A stretch of DNA of 64,000 nucleotides from Octopus bimaculoides. Its lineage: Eukaryota. Numbering within the stretch: the stretch's first letter is position 1; each line of letters opens with the position of its first letter. Of this stretch, positions 10,303-22,905 are shown piece after piece. Position numbers and translations under genes: made by a program. The notes below the pieces were generated by a model. It had not been told where the DNA came from, ran no database searches, and saw only the letters and a list, made by a program, of their open reading frames with translations. The stretch spans positions 29,364,268 to 29,428,267 of the forward strand of contig NC_068998.1 of NCBI RefSeq assembly GCF_001194135.2, written 5' to 3'.

Positions 10303-13300
10303 CTACACTAGCACAGCCCCATTCAATCTCAGCTTCTTTACAACAGTTATCCATCTTTACTCGAACACTCTTTGAGACAGGCACTTTTCTCCAGACGGAT
10401 CTTTCTCATCAGGTGGTAGTTAAAATGACTTACTAACTCGTGTCCGGAGATAAAGTTGCCTGTCTCAGTTCCCCTTCCACGCGTCATCCATACCGTGTCT
10501 TTCAGTATGGCTACTAAACAGGAAAAAGACGCCTCTCTTTCCTTATTAAAGGAAAAAGGCAGTACGATCTTAATGATGGACTCAGTCGATAGCCGTACTC
10601 TTTCCGTTTCTGACATCAGTTGTTCGACATAGGTTATCAGTCACCTCAATTCCCACAATGTACGAAGGCGTGCGTGACAGTTTCACTGATGCGCCCACAC
10701 CTCGGGCATGGAAGGGGTGTCAAACCGTGCTTTGACAACCTCTCTCGAACTGGTAAGGCCCATCGATAGCACAGCCAAACTAAGGATTTCTGGAAATTAT
10801 CCGGAAACCTCGGCCCGAATGTCCCTCCGAACAGCTGGTTCCCATCGAAGCCCAGAGCCTCCCTCCAGGACGTCGTCGGATTCGTGCTCTACCAACCCGC
10901 TATAAAAATCCGCTGTGGTAGCCCCGCTGCCGGTACTACTCACCCGGGAGAACAGAGTGTGTGCTTGTCTGCACTCCTTCTGCCATTCACCCATTCTAGG
11001 TTTTCCCGTAGGAAGGTTAATTGCGGAAAAAAGAACTTGACGTGCGGTGACCACACCTGTTCACCATCCAGGTAGAGCCAGAGATGTCTCAGCCTCAGCG
11101 CAAACTTGCGCATCATCAGCCAAGGCATCCCTAACCCACCTTTTAACGGTTTCTGGCAGCAGATAGAGCACCTCACTAGTGGTGGTTTCCTTTTCCACAA
11201 AAAGTGGAAAAGGATCCGTTCCAACTTGATCAGCCACATGCCGAGGCAAGGCACGATGCACCTGTACAACCTCCGCTCTCCCTAACAAGGATAGCGTCCT
11301 CCCAGAGCAGGTCTGGGTTATGGCCGTCACCTTGTCTGTGACCTAGCTCCAGTTTTTCTCCATCTGGAGATCTGGTCCAAACCAGACCACGAGCAGTTTA
11401 ACCGGGCCCTCCGTCCAACATCCAACGACGCTGTTGGGAGGCTTCGACTTGCCCCTCCAGGTGTCGAGTTGCAAGTCATTGATTTATCCTGGTTAAGTTT
11501 TGCCCCTGCCACCGCTTCGTATCTTTTAATGGCATCTTCTACACGATGTAGCTGCCCTTCATCAGACATGATGATGGTGACATCATCCGCATATGCCGTT
11601 GCTCCCTTACCGTAACATAGATCACGCGGTTCTCCCCCCGCATCCCCCAACCTCCGCAGCAGTAGCTTAAGAGCCAATACATACAGAAGCGGGGACAGGG
11701 AGCAACCCCGGCGAACGGCTTCGAGAAGAAACCGTTCACCTGGACGACTGAATCGATGTCGCTATATATAGCATTGATCCAGCCGTCGAGCCCAGTTCGA
11801 CCTATCGAATGCTTTAGACTGGTCTAAATTCACCAGTGCCCCACCCTTGCCAGGAACTTTAGTAACCCTCTCTATGGTGTAGCACATGAGGTGAAGGTTG
11901 TTATGTGTCGTCCTTCCTAGGATGGCGCATGTCTACGCCTCTCCCACCAAGTCGCCTTCGACAAGCCTCACTATCTTGGCTAACACCTTGACCAAAATCT
12001 TTAACTCTGTATTTAGCAGAGTTATAGGCCTGAAATTATTAATGACTCCCCCCTTGTTCGGGTCCTTCCTGATCGGTGTTACTACTTCCCAACTCACAGA
12101 CTCGAACGTAGGGCAGGTAAACTCTACTTTCTCCCATTCTGTTGCCAGTTTGCGTATACAGCGTCCAATATGTTCCCGAACAAGTCTGGCATACTTTTAT
12201 AAAATTCGTATAGTAGACTATCCAGTCCCGGCGACTTGTCCCCGGTGCACTCAGAAAGCACCTCTATAACCTCCACAGCTGTGATCGGCCTTTCACAGCG
12301 CCCAGCCTCACGTACCGAGATACGCGGGCCGCTGGCCAGGAAATCCCGAAGGGCATCCCCGTAGTCCAGCGCCCCTCCCGAACAACGCGGCGAAGTGCTC
12401 GTGAAAGGCCTTTCCCATCTCTTCTTGTCCTTGGAACTCCCGTCCATGCTCATCTACCACAGACCTTATCGTAGCATCTATGCCACGTTGGGTTTCTACC
12501 GAGCGAGCCCACCCGAAAACGTTGATACCCTCGCGACCCAGTACACGTACTTTTGCCCGAACTCTGCATCCTTCATGTTTGGCATTGAGGTGTCGGTCCA
12601 AGGCCGATCTCGCCGCCAAAACTTGGAGTGCAGAGCCCTCTCTCAGCGCCTCGTCTAACGCCTTAACTAAACTCCTTTCTACTCTAGCCTGTTCTAGACT
12701 TAACAGTTTGCTAAATCTAATAAACTCAAGTTGAATGGCTCGTTTGAGGGCACACCACCACCGGTTATTTAACACAGTGCCAGTTAGTGCCCTCGTTGCT
12801 AACTCCTTAATCTGGCTACGGTAAGTTTCGCAAGCCAATAGGGATTTGTTCAACTTCCAGTAGCCAGACCCCTGTCTATGGACTTTATCTATATGCATCC
12901 TACACGTCACTAATTTGTGATCCGTGTAGGGTACATAGGTAAATTGTGGACAACTAAAACTAGACTTATCTCTAGAATTAACTATTATCCTATCTATATA
13001 AGACCTGATTGATCCGTCGTTATTACTCCAAGTCCACGTTGAAACGCTTGGATTCTCAAGTCTGTATCGATCTGCCAGCCTAAATCGCCTCAGCAAATCG
13101 ACGAGGCATGAGTTACATCTATCATTCGAGCCTACGCTATCCTGACGTGCATCCAGAATAGCATTAAAGTCTCCAAGCATAACTAGTGTCTTTGATGTCA
13201 CAAGAAAGTTCTCCAGGCGTCGATAGAAATTATTCTGTCTGCCTATCATGCCAGGCACGTAAATGCCAATCAACCTGAAGGCTTTACCTTTGAATGTTAG

Positions 13301-13576
13301 ATCCAGAACGACCGACTCACAAGATCGTACGTGTCTGGAGGGCCAAGTTTTTCTGGAGCAACACTACAATGTCCCCTTTCCCCCTGTCCGACTAGGAGAC
13401 ATGACTTTCTCATAGCCATTCAGGAGAGTTGAGAAGGCCTGCAGCTTGTCCAACTTGATCTCTGTAGCAACCATAACATCTATTCTATGTGACCGGAGGT
13501 GGTCGAGGAAAGAAGCCTGCTTCCGCTTCAACCTCAGACCACGCACATTCAAACTACCTACACACAGTGTAGCCAT
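10303..13576 (-). pseudogene. L1/Tx1 ORF2 (APE, RT, CCHC knuckle), frameshifted
   Basis: MATLCVGSLNVRGL, LGDFNAILD, SYIDRI, TDHKLV, GYWKLNKSLL, KSPGLD, LDQSKAFDR, AYADDVTII, CPRCGRISETVTHAFVHC; terminal TAG at 10303-10305. Confidence 0.92.
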
Positions 13577-13999
13577 GTCATAAAACGAAAAAGAAGGAAA
13601 GTAGAGCTTACCTACCCTTTCATCTTTCGAGGGGGATTGTTCTCGGTGTCACTGAGATCTGTTCCCCCTCCCCTTCCTCTCTTCCAGGCTTGGTTCCGCC
13701 TGTGGGTTAGATACTTTTGGCAACCCTTTCAGTTCTACAATATCTTTGGGGTTTTTCCTTTAAGCTCCGTGTACAGTTTTCGGGAAATTTTCCCGATTGT
13801 GATTTTTAACTGCCACTGTTGGTACAGGTTAGGCTTTGTTGGTGGGGTTTGATAACTCCTTCTAAGTATTTGTTATTGTTTTTATATACCACTGTAATGG
13901 TGTCAGTTTTCTCGGGGGTTTCGATTTTTCCTAATTTTAATTTTTTCCTTTTTTTATTTTTTTTATATTTTCCTGTTCTTATTTTTTAGTTATTTTAGT

Positions 14000-14890
14000 T
14001 TTAAAAGCCGCCTCCTGAGTCTTGGTTGGCGCTCCATTTTTTTGGTTCTTTTACGCGGCACCGTCTGATAATCCATGTCTTCCTCAGACGGTATCGCTGT
14101 AATCTCTGCTGGTTCCATTCCTTCAGTGTTGTCTTTACTGATGGCGATCGCCCTCTGAGAAACAGCCTCCTTAGCTGGGGGCGCCGCCTCTTCTTTTTTC
14201 CCCTCCTCTTCGGGGACTTTTTCTTCTTCCTTATCTTTTTTCGAAGGAGAGGCACTTAGACCTCAGGTGTCCCTTTTTCCCGCACTTGAAACACCTGGAA
14301 GAATGGTTTCCTCTCCGATGTGAATTGTCTCGGGGAGATTTTCTAGGTCGGTAGTCGTGGCCTGTGCCAGGATTTCCAGAGTTTGACCCCGCCAGTTTTG
14401 TGGGGCGTCTCTGGAAATCTGGATTATATTTATCTTGTCTTCCCTCTCAAATAAGAGAGGAGCCACGATCCACGTGACCTCTACCTCTGGGGGAATATTT
14501 TTTTATCTTTATCCGGGATGTTCTACGTCCCAGATATAGAGGCAACAACATAATGTTTCCATTTTGTAAGGTTCGAGTCAAAAACTCTCTTGCATTCTCT
14601 GCTGACTCGAACCTTGCTTCAACAGTTGCAAATCTTGTGCCTCGGACTAGATATTTAATCTGGTTAATTACTGGCCGAAGGCACTTCTCAACTGTACCTT
14701 CTTCCAAATGTTCCAATTTTTTTTCTACGTCGTAAGTTTTGTATATTATAGTCTTTCCCTTTATTTTATTGATTATCTCATTTGGAGGAGTGATCTTACT
14801 CTCTCCGTTATCTTCGGTAATCATACTGAAATATTCTCCACCCACAACAGCGGTAAAATTCCTTTTGTTTTTTTCTTCAATTGAAGACAT
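14000..14890 (-). pseudogene. L1/Tx1 ORF1 (RRM-like region, gag-type zinc knuckle, basic tail), frameshifted
   Basis: Likely start MSSIEEKNKRNF at 14890; RGTRFATVEARFESAENAREF (RRM-like); CFKCGKKGHLRSKC (CX2CX4HX4C) at ~14253-14294; Lys/Arg-rich tail. Confidence 0.8.
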
Positions 14891-15929
14891 TAATAATATT
14901 TTTCCAAAAATATTCAAAAATTGTTCCGATACGGAACACAGTTCAAATTCACCAAAAGCGGCTCACAATAATACACAATTTACAAATCCTTCCTCCTTGT
15001 GGGAGGATAACAGTTTCACAATGTTTATTACAAGAAACCACAATAAACCAATAACAAATCCTGTAAGCAGGCAACAAATTTCAAACAAACAAGCCTTTCG
15101 GTGTAAATCGTCAAACGTGTAGCACAGAATGATGTAACAACCAGGCGTGTGCCAAAGACAAAGCGTAGTCGAGAACTGCCGTTCTTATAGAGATCAGTAG
15201 GCTCCCAGAGCGAGTGATTTCCCGCGTAAGGTAAAACGAACTGTTGCGCCAACACAGTAGGACGGCTGAAACCGACCAATATAAACAAGTTCGGCTAATC
15301 ACAAGGTCATGTGACCTGCTGGAACGGAAAGGTCTGTGGAGCCGATATCCAGGTATTTAAGCCTAAACAACCGAAACGAAAACATCTCACACATAATGAC
15401 AGTGTAAATCACTTCTGCTACAGTCGGCTTGCCAAAACTCTCCGGTTCCTTCTGTGGTGTATTTAATACATGCAATCAGCCAGGCTCTTGTCTCCAGTCC
15501 ATTATTTGACATCGTCAGTCTATAAATGCTTTTGACAGTCTCTTGCTTTCTTCCCCGTCACACTTCTTTTCAAAGTGGTTTTAGACAATGATTCGTGGCG
15601 TATGTCCAAAATATAATAGCTTTGTGGGCTTGAGTCTTGTTAATATGTGTCTTTTGACCTGTCAGCTTTTCTACTACTGCAGCGTTTTTCCAGCGTATTC
15701 TTCCAATCTAAGAAAGATCAACATCTTATAGTTATCTTTCTCCACTGCTCTGTACATTGTGCAAGTTTTTCCCCGTAGAGGACGATTGGCATAACATGGC
15801 AATCTACATGCTTCAAGTTTAGGTTCAGTGTTATGCCTTTTGAGGTGAAGAGTTTTTTCATTCGTGTAAATGTAGTTTTTTAGCCTTTTATTTATTGGAA
15901 TACAATACGTATGTATATGATACATATAT

Positions 15930-16525
15930 AATGCAAAACTACATTAAAATACAACTACAAAACCAAAGAAAACTAACATGGGTGAAGAATGAGTAAAAAG
16001 AAGAAAAAATGGATGAAAGAAAATTAAAAAACATCAATTCAACACCAAGTGCCTCAATTGATCGCACACCACAAGGTTCAACGGGACCTACTGAAGCAAG
16101 CCAACACACTCGCGGCATTACTGTGGGCGATGACGATGCTAAGGCGGTTGAACAGCCAAGTACATTCGCGGGTACCACCTGATACCTCGGTAAAACGAGC
16201 CGCAAACGATGACAAGAATTTTGTTATTAGCGGCCCAGCTCCTCTAACGTCTCAAACGTCACAGGCTGGAAGAAATGGTTCACTGACAAGTCTCGATACT
16301 CAAGAATTTCGTTCCGTTCTGCTATGGAAACAGTGACCCTCCCATTTAGCGCAGCATCCAGAATGTGTGAGGAAGCAAAGGAGTCACAGACTGTGACGTC
16401 CCAGATGAGGCACCTACCTCTTACCCAGGGCCGAAGTTTCTTCCATCGCTTTTGGATAATCCCGCTGGCACCAGAACTGAGGAGATATTAACCCGAACCA
16501 AGGTCCGCTTTCCTTTCTTTCTTTT
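15930..16525 (-). mobile_element. CRE-clade non-LTR retroelement 3' fragment (restriction-like endonuclease)
   Basis: ISSVLVPAGLSKSDGR.., PWVRGRCLIWDVTVCDSF, FFQPVTFETL, and frameshifted WLFNRLSIVIAHSNAASV match the CRE RLE consensus EPxGLxRxDGKRPDG..PW..G..L.WD.T..ET.G..QRLS...RGNA. Confidence 0.8.
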
Positions 16526-17528
16526 CCATTTCTTTCTTCGCTCATGTTTGTATTTACTTCGGTTTTGGCTTCGTATTTTAATGTGGTTTTGTATTATATA
16601 TATTTCATATATATACGTGTTGTATACCAATAAATAAAAGGTCACAAAAAAAAAATCACGCTTAAAAAAAGTTTTAGCTTCATCTTTTACATAACTTCTT
16701 CACTATGAGCTTCCTGATCTTACTAATAACTGTAGTCTTTGTTTTACGTTCATATTTAGGCCTTGTCACCATAATCTTTATAACATCAACACTTTCTTGT
16801 AATTTCTCATTGCTGTCTGCCAATAATGCTGTATCATGGAGATCTTATGCTCATATCATTGACTGTGAGTCTTTTGACCTCATTTGACTCTCTGAATATG
16901 GTGAACATCGGCATTAAAAATAGGTATGGTGATAAAACACATCATTGTCTTATACCTCTTTTTTTATTTCTTCTGGTTCTGACAATCCCTGGTCTATGTT
17001 GATGACTGCTTTTTGGTTTCACTATAATACACAGATGTTTTGAAAAACAGGAATGTCAGCGACACTAAATATCCAACCCTTATAAAAATTCCAACACCAA
17101 CAACAAAATCTACAACAGAATCTCCCAGCACCTATATAACACCACAAGGTAGGACCCAACCCATTTTGGATCTCTCAGAAATGTTTTGCGGTGAAGTTGA
17201 ATAGATAGAAGAGAAGAAAACCATCCCCGTAAGAAGAGAAAGGAAAATTAAACAAGAAATAAATCATCCACGTAAAATGCAAGCGAAAGAAAACTAAAAG
17301 CAACAATTCCTACAGCAATGCGAAAACTAACTCCACATCGACCACCACTACCATCACTACAAACACTATCGTTACCACAAACATCACCATCACCACAAAC
17401 ATCACAACAAGCACAAAAGCAACCCAATTCACACTCATCAACAGCCAGGACAGCATCCACAAAGCGAACAAAAGAAAAACATCATCAATTATATGGCCGT
17501 AAATACAAACAATAAAAAATTAACGGAC

Positions 17529-17855
17529 TGTAGTAACGCCTGCGCATGCGTAGTCTTACGCATGCGTAGAATTAAACAAGCAAGCGTTTCCCGCTCAATT
17601 CATTCTCTTTCTCGCTGGCCAGCGATTGAGCATGGACGTGTGTTTAAAGCTGTCTCTACATCTTTCGGTTTTATACTCGACAGCTCGTTATTCTCACCTC
17701 TAAAGATGTATAACTAAAGATATGTATGTTTTACCAAGTAAATAAATGTTGTTTAAGTTGTTTAGTCTGGAGTTCAGCGTTCCGTCTATTTCTTTAATTT
17801 TATAGTAGAAACTCAGGTATACAATCTAAAGATGTATAACCCACTTTCTACTAAA
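17529..17855 (+). mobile_element. Solo LTR-like element
   Basis: Termini TGTAGTA...TACTAAA (6/7 inverted); flanking GGAC at 17525-17528 and 17856-17859 (4-bp TSD); internal AATAAA followed by a GT-rich tract. Confidence 0.65.
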
Positions 17856-18229
17856 GGACTATGTACATCAACATACGAACATTACGCACAGTCACTACAT
17901 GGTAGTACCACTTGACATGCCAAATCATATGTAAATTCTAAATATAAATTAGGAAACATGCAAAAACAAAATATCCCGAAACTATGATGAAAGACTACAA
18001 AGGAATAATAATGAAAACACCCACAAATAGTCAGAAGGGCGGAACACAAGTCCCTCCACAAAATTAAAGTGGTTTTCCTTGATTCCCTCCATCTTGCGAA
18101 CATGACCATACTCAGAATAGGTAGTATGTGGCCTGGGGTCACATTGGAAGTAGCTCAACGTATTTAGGTTACCAGATATGGACGTGGTAGCTATTAGCAA
18201 GACTGGAATTTCTAAGACACGAGCATTTA

Positions 18230-19482
18230 CGAGGGGACATCCAAAAGAAACCGGAATTTTGCAACATTATTTTATTCATTTAGTTTTACATGTTTACACT
18301 TTTATCGCCTTCTACATATTCTCCATTTGAAGCGTTTTCTACTGTTCAAAACAGTCCTGGAACTCTTGCGAAGTGATGCTTTTAACGCCTCGGTCGATTT
18401 TTTCTTCACCTCTTCCACATCTGCAAAACGTTTCTCTTTTAAAGACTTTTCTCCTCCGGGGGAACAGAAAAAATTCGCAAGGAGCAAGATTGGGTGAATA
18501 GGGAGGGTGAGTAAACAGGGTCATGCCATTTTTTGCAAAAACTGTCCCACACTCAAGGTGGTGTGCGCAGACGCATTGTCGTAATGGTACCACCACTCTC
18601 CACTTTTCCACAGGTCGGCGCGTTTTCGCCTCATCGCGTGTCTCGCAAGCGCTTCAAAACTGCCAAATAAAATATCCGGTTAACAGTTTGATCAGGAGGA
18701 ACAAATTTTGTGTAGACACTTCCTTTCGCATCGATGAAACAAATCAGCATCGTCTTGACATTGGAAATCACCTGACGCACATTTTGGGGGTGTGGTGACA
18801 TTCAGTGCTTCCATTGACTTGATTCCTGCATCGCTTCCGGGTCGTAGCCGTAGCACCAACTTTTGTCACCAGTGATGACCTTCGGGAAAAGATTCGGATC
18901 AATTCCAACCGTTTTTTCAGTTTACGACACACTTTCAGTCGTGATTGCTTTTGATCTTCCGTGAGCAAACGTAGCACATATTTTGCTGAAACTCTTTTCA
19001 TTCGCAATTCCTCGCTCAGGAGCTCCAGGATACACTAGTCATATCAAAAAGTTCGCCCTCCAAGATCAGTTCATGAATTTTCGGGAGGTCGACGGCCGCC
19101 CAGAACAAGGTTGCTCTTCAAGCGACAAGTGACTATTCTTAAAGCGTGAAAACCACTCGTAAATTTGTGTTTTGCTCATGGTAGCGTCCTTGTAAGTTGC
19201 TGGAAGCATGAGAACTGTCTTGGCCGCTGTTTTCCCCTGCAGTAAACAGAATTTCACGGAAGCACGCCGTTCCTTCGTTTCGGCCATCGCAAAAATCGAC
19301 GAACAAGGGAGAAGCACTGAAAAACAAAGTCGCACCACGTAGCAGTACGACTCCACCCGACAACGCCGGTTGACAGACTGATTCCCGAGGGCTGCATCAA
19401 GTAGCTTCTAGCATTGGAAGCCTGAACTACAACGGGCTTTTCCTACAGAGAACGTTTCCGGTTACTTTGGGGTATTCTTTCG
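18230..19482 (-). mobile_element. Full-length mariner (DD34D-type) transposon, inactive
   Basis: Imperfect TIRs CGAGGGGACATCCAAAAGAAACCGGAA and the reverse complement of TTCCGGTTACTTTGGGGTATTCTTTCG; TA on both sides; transposase MAETKERRASVKFC from 19287; HPPYSPNLAPCEFFLFP; frameshifts. Confidence 0.95.
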
Positions 19483-21059
19483 TATGTCTATTTTCGACGA
19501 CTACGAGATAGACGCATATACAACTCTGCTTGGAATGGGTGGCGGAGTACCTTTCTTGCTTTGAAGAGGGCAGAATCTTGGAATACGGGCCATTTTCCTG
19601 GACCAGATTAGTAAGTCTTTGGTGCTGGACGCAACCTTTCACCTAGTTACGCATATGCACCTCAATATTGTGCCTCAACTGATTTGTTCATCACATCTGT
19701 GCCCGCTCAGCTCTTTTCCCGACTCGATCCACGTCGAATGTTCACATGCTCTCTGCACCCTTGTTAGACATAACTTCCCTCTGTTAGACCCCTGTTTGGT
19801 CACGTAATAAATAGAGAAAGTTACCTGTCTCGTGCAACACGCCAGCATGCTGCGCTGTCGTTCTTGCTAGCCTCAGCAATTAACCACGACAACAGCGCCA
19901 GACACATTTGACTTCTGAAAAACCTTCAAGGTATTTCACACAATGCAATCCTGCAGGAAGATCTGCGACATCATGGATTGAGAATACACTCACTCGCTCC
20001 TCTGGGCTTATTTTATTGTGAATTTTGATAAGTGCCCTGCTCTCGCGCGCGCGCTCTCAAGCGCGCGCGCGCGCTAACTCATTCCTGCACTGCCCAGTCA
20101 CTGATTGCACGTTTTTGCTCACAAAGCGACAATGTTCTGTTCGGACCTATCCGAACAGAACATTGTCCAATATACACTTCAATGATCCTCTCTCCTGATA
20201 TGCGAAGTTTTTCCTCATCTATGCATTTCTTTCTCTTCCTAGATCGTTCGTTTCTTTTTCCTAGAAACTCTCTGCAGGTAAGTGATGTTGAGCATAGAGT
20301 AGATTCGAACCTAAATTGGCAAATTTCCCCTAACATTTTAACAGTTTTTTTCTCACAGAGAAACGAGAGTTGATAGGGGTTATATTCAACACATGGCTTT
20401 GCCAAGTCAATATATGTCTCTTCCACTTAAACTTTTAACCTCTTCTATACCATGAAAAGTTGAAATAGATAAGGAGCGACCTACATTAATTTAGCCATTG
20501 TTTAAACGATTTTTCTGACTGTAAAAGGAGATAAATAAAAGTTGGTGAAATGCAGACGCCAGAAACGACCAGAGACGACCACAGGCAGACAGCCACTGGA
20601 AGCTAACGGTCAAACAATCGGCCGCTATGATACAACTTATCGCTGCTCTCTCTCACTTTCACTGGTTCATCTTTCTTTACTAACAAACATCATTCTCTAT
20701 ACCTTTTTCCTACTACTACAATGACAAGAGTATTATGCACACTCTTACAAGGAAAAATTAACTCTCAATTATATTATACACGCCAGCCCGTCGTGGTTCG
20801 GCTATACATAAAGTAACGGCAAATAAAATTTGGAGTCAACATCAACTTCGACCACTGTGCTTCTTTCATCTTCTTCAACGTCACACCGTTACATTTTGGT
20901 AACGACTACGTTACACTTGGCTTCCCGATCTAAGGATTCATCCACCGTTACAGTTGATGCTCTCCCACGTTTAACTCAGTTTCAGATGGTAACCGCTGAC
21001 TCTAAGATTCATCGTTACATTTCCAACTGTTTGACAGGTACTGACTGGATTTTCTGAAT

Positions 21060-22010
21060 GAGTCAATGTGCACGGGCTGCAACTCGCCTGGTTTGGGTGA
21101 TCTTACCTAGGAGCTTTCTTTCTATATGCCAGAATTGTTTGAAGAGCTCTTGGTAGATAGCTACCGCCCCTAGCAGCAGAATGAGATAATTCCCAGTTCT
21201 GTGAGTCGAAGATCGACAGAACTGCTGTGTGGCCCAAACTAGAAGGATCACATTGCTAATTTTCGGCCATAACTCCGTTAAACGCAGATTTCAAAATTGT
21301 GGACAAGATGTTAGCAAAGAGGTTGGCGCTTGTTGTTGTTAATCTGATTGCTGATGGACAAACATGCACCATCCCAAACAGATTTATCTATGACATCCTG
21401 AACCTTATGTGATACATCATAGTGAGGGTGGGTAAAGAATAAATGAGACCTTGATCAATTTAGATCAATCAAAAGTTTTCGATAGGGTCGACCACAAATA
21501 CTTAACGTCTGTCCGCATGGTAGCCTATCTTGGGCCCGTTTTCCGCTGCTGGATCGCCGTAATGTACAGTGACATCTGCTCAGTGGTTAGGGTGAATGAT
21601 CCCCAATCAGAACCATTCAGTATCATGCGCTTGGTCCGCCAATGTTGTCCCCTCTCGTATATTCTCTACTGCAAATGTTGAAGGGCATTCCGCTCGAATT
21701 AAGATACATTAAAAACTGTCAGTTCATGCAGACGACGTCACCATCATAGTGTCGACACCAGACAAATCGAGGTGATTGGTATCGTTCTAAGCGATCACCC
21801 AAAAAAAGTCAGTGGGCCTGCACCTCAGCATGTAGAATGATCCAAGTTGTTAACAACATCGTAGAGTGCTGCGCAGACCGGTTAAGTTGCTTAGGTTTGG
21901 TTTGGTCCAGATTTCCAAATAGAGAAAAAGTGAGACAAGGTGACGAGTAGAGTTGCCAGTTTCACCTAGAAATGAGCCGAAATAAAGCTATCCTTGCAAG
22001 CTGGAAGAAA
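21060..22010 (+). mobile_element. L1/Tx1-like RT fragment related to the 10241-15330 element
   Basis: PGLGDLT*ELSFYMPELF...QQNEIIP, LNADFKIVDKMLAKRL, INLDQSKVFDRVDHKYL, VRQCCPLS, HADDVTII. Confidence 0.85.
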
Positions 22011-22675
22011 CGGTAAATTTTGATACGTCCACACGCACGATTTTCATGAAGAAAGAAAACTCTCGGATTTCTTGCGTGGAATCAAGTACCCTGACCTAAT
22101 ATGCTGCAAACCCCTTATTTTTGTTCAGAAAAGGTGGGGAACGNNNNNNNNNNNNNNNNNNNNNNNNNNNNNNNNNNNNNNNNNNNNNNNNNNNNNNNNN
22201 NNNNNNNNNNNNNNNNNNNNNNNNNNNNNNNNNNNNNNNNNNNNNNNNNNNNNNNNNNNNNNNNNNNNNNNNNNNNNNNNNNNNNNNNNNNNNNNNNNNN
22301 NNNNNNNNNNNNNNNNNNNNNNNNNNNNNNNNNNNNNNNNNNNNNNNNNNNNNNNNNNNNNNNNNNNNNNNNNNNNNNNNNNNNNNNNNNNNNNNNNNNN
22401 NNNNNNNNNNNNNNNNNNNNNNNNNNNNNNNNNNNNNNNNNNNNNNNNNNNNNNNNNNNNNNNNNNNNNNNNNNNNNNNNNNNNNNNNNNNNNNNNNNNN
22501 NNNNNNNNNNNNNNNNNNNNNNNNNNNNNNNNNNNNNNNNNNNNNNNNNNNNNNNNNNNNNNNNNNNNNNNNNNNNNNNNNNNNNNNNNNNNNNNNNNNN
22601 NNNNNNNNNNNNNNNNNNNNNNNNNNNNNNNNNNNNNNNNNNNNNNNNNNNNNNNNNNNNNNNNNNNNNNNNNNN

Positions 22676-22905
22676 GGGTGCTTTTTACGTGCCACCAGCA
22701 TGAGGGCTGATCAGGCGGTACTGGCATCGACCACGCCCGAATAGTGCTTTAAAAAGCACCCACTACACTCTCGGAGTGGATGGCGTTAGGAAGGGCATCC
22801 AGCTTGCAAGAACAGATTGGAGCCTGGTGCAGCTTCCTGGCTTGTCAGTCCTCAGTCAAACCGCCCAACCCATGCCAGCATGGAAAGCAGACGTTAAACG
22901 ATGAT
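22676..22905 (+). mobile_element. RTE 3'-tail sequence or RTE-partnered SINE 3' end
   Basis: AAAAGCACCCACTACACTC...GGCGTTAGGAAGGGCATCCAG...CATGCCAGCATGGAAAGCAGACGTTAAACGATGAT is shared with 54745-54920. Confidence 0.85.

Larger units (their letters stand above)
10241..15330 (-). mobile_element. Near full-length L1/Tx1-like LINE (ORF1, spacer, ORF2, short 3'UTR, poly-A), pseudogenised
   Basis: Two ORFs in L1 order on the minus strand; 14-nt A tail at 10241-10254; GC content visibly above the flanks; the 5' boundary is approximate. Confidence 0.9.

Noticed and set aside
19560-20000. Possible R2/NeSL-like RT remnant (PGPD; DF*KTF..H.AIL..L..HGL)
   Set aside because: Too degenerate to assign without a profile search.
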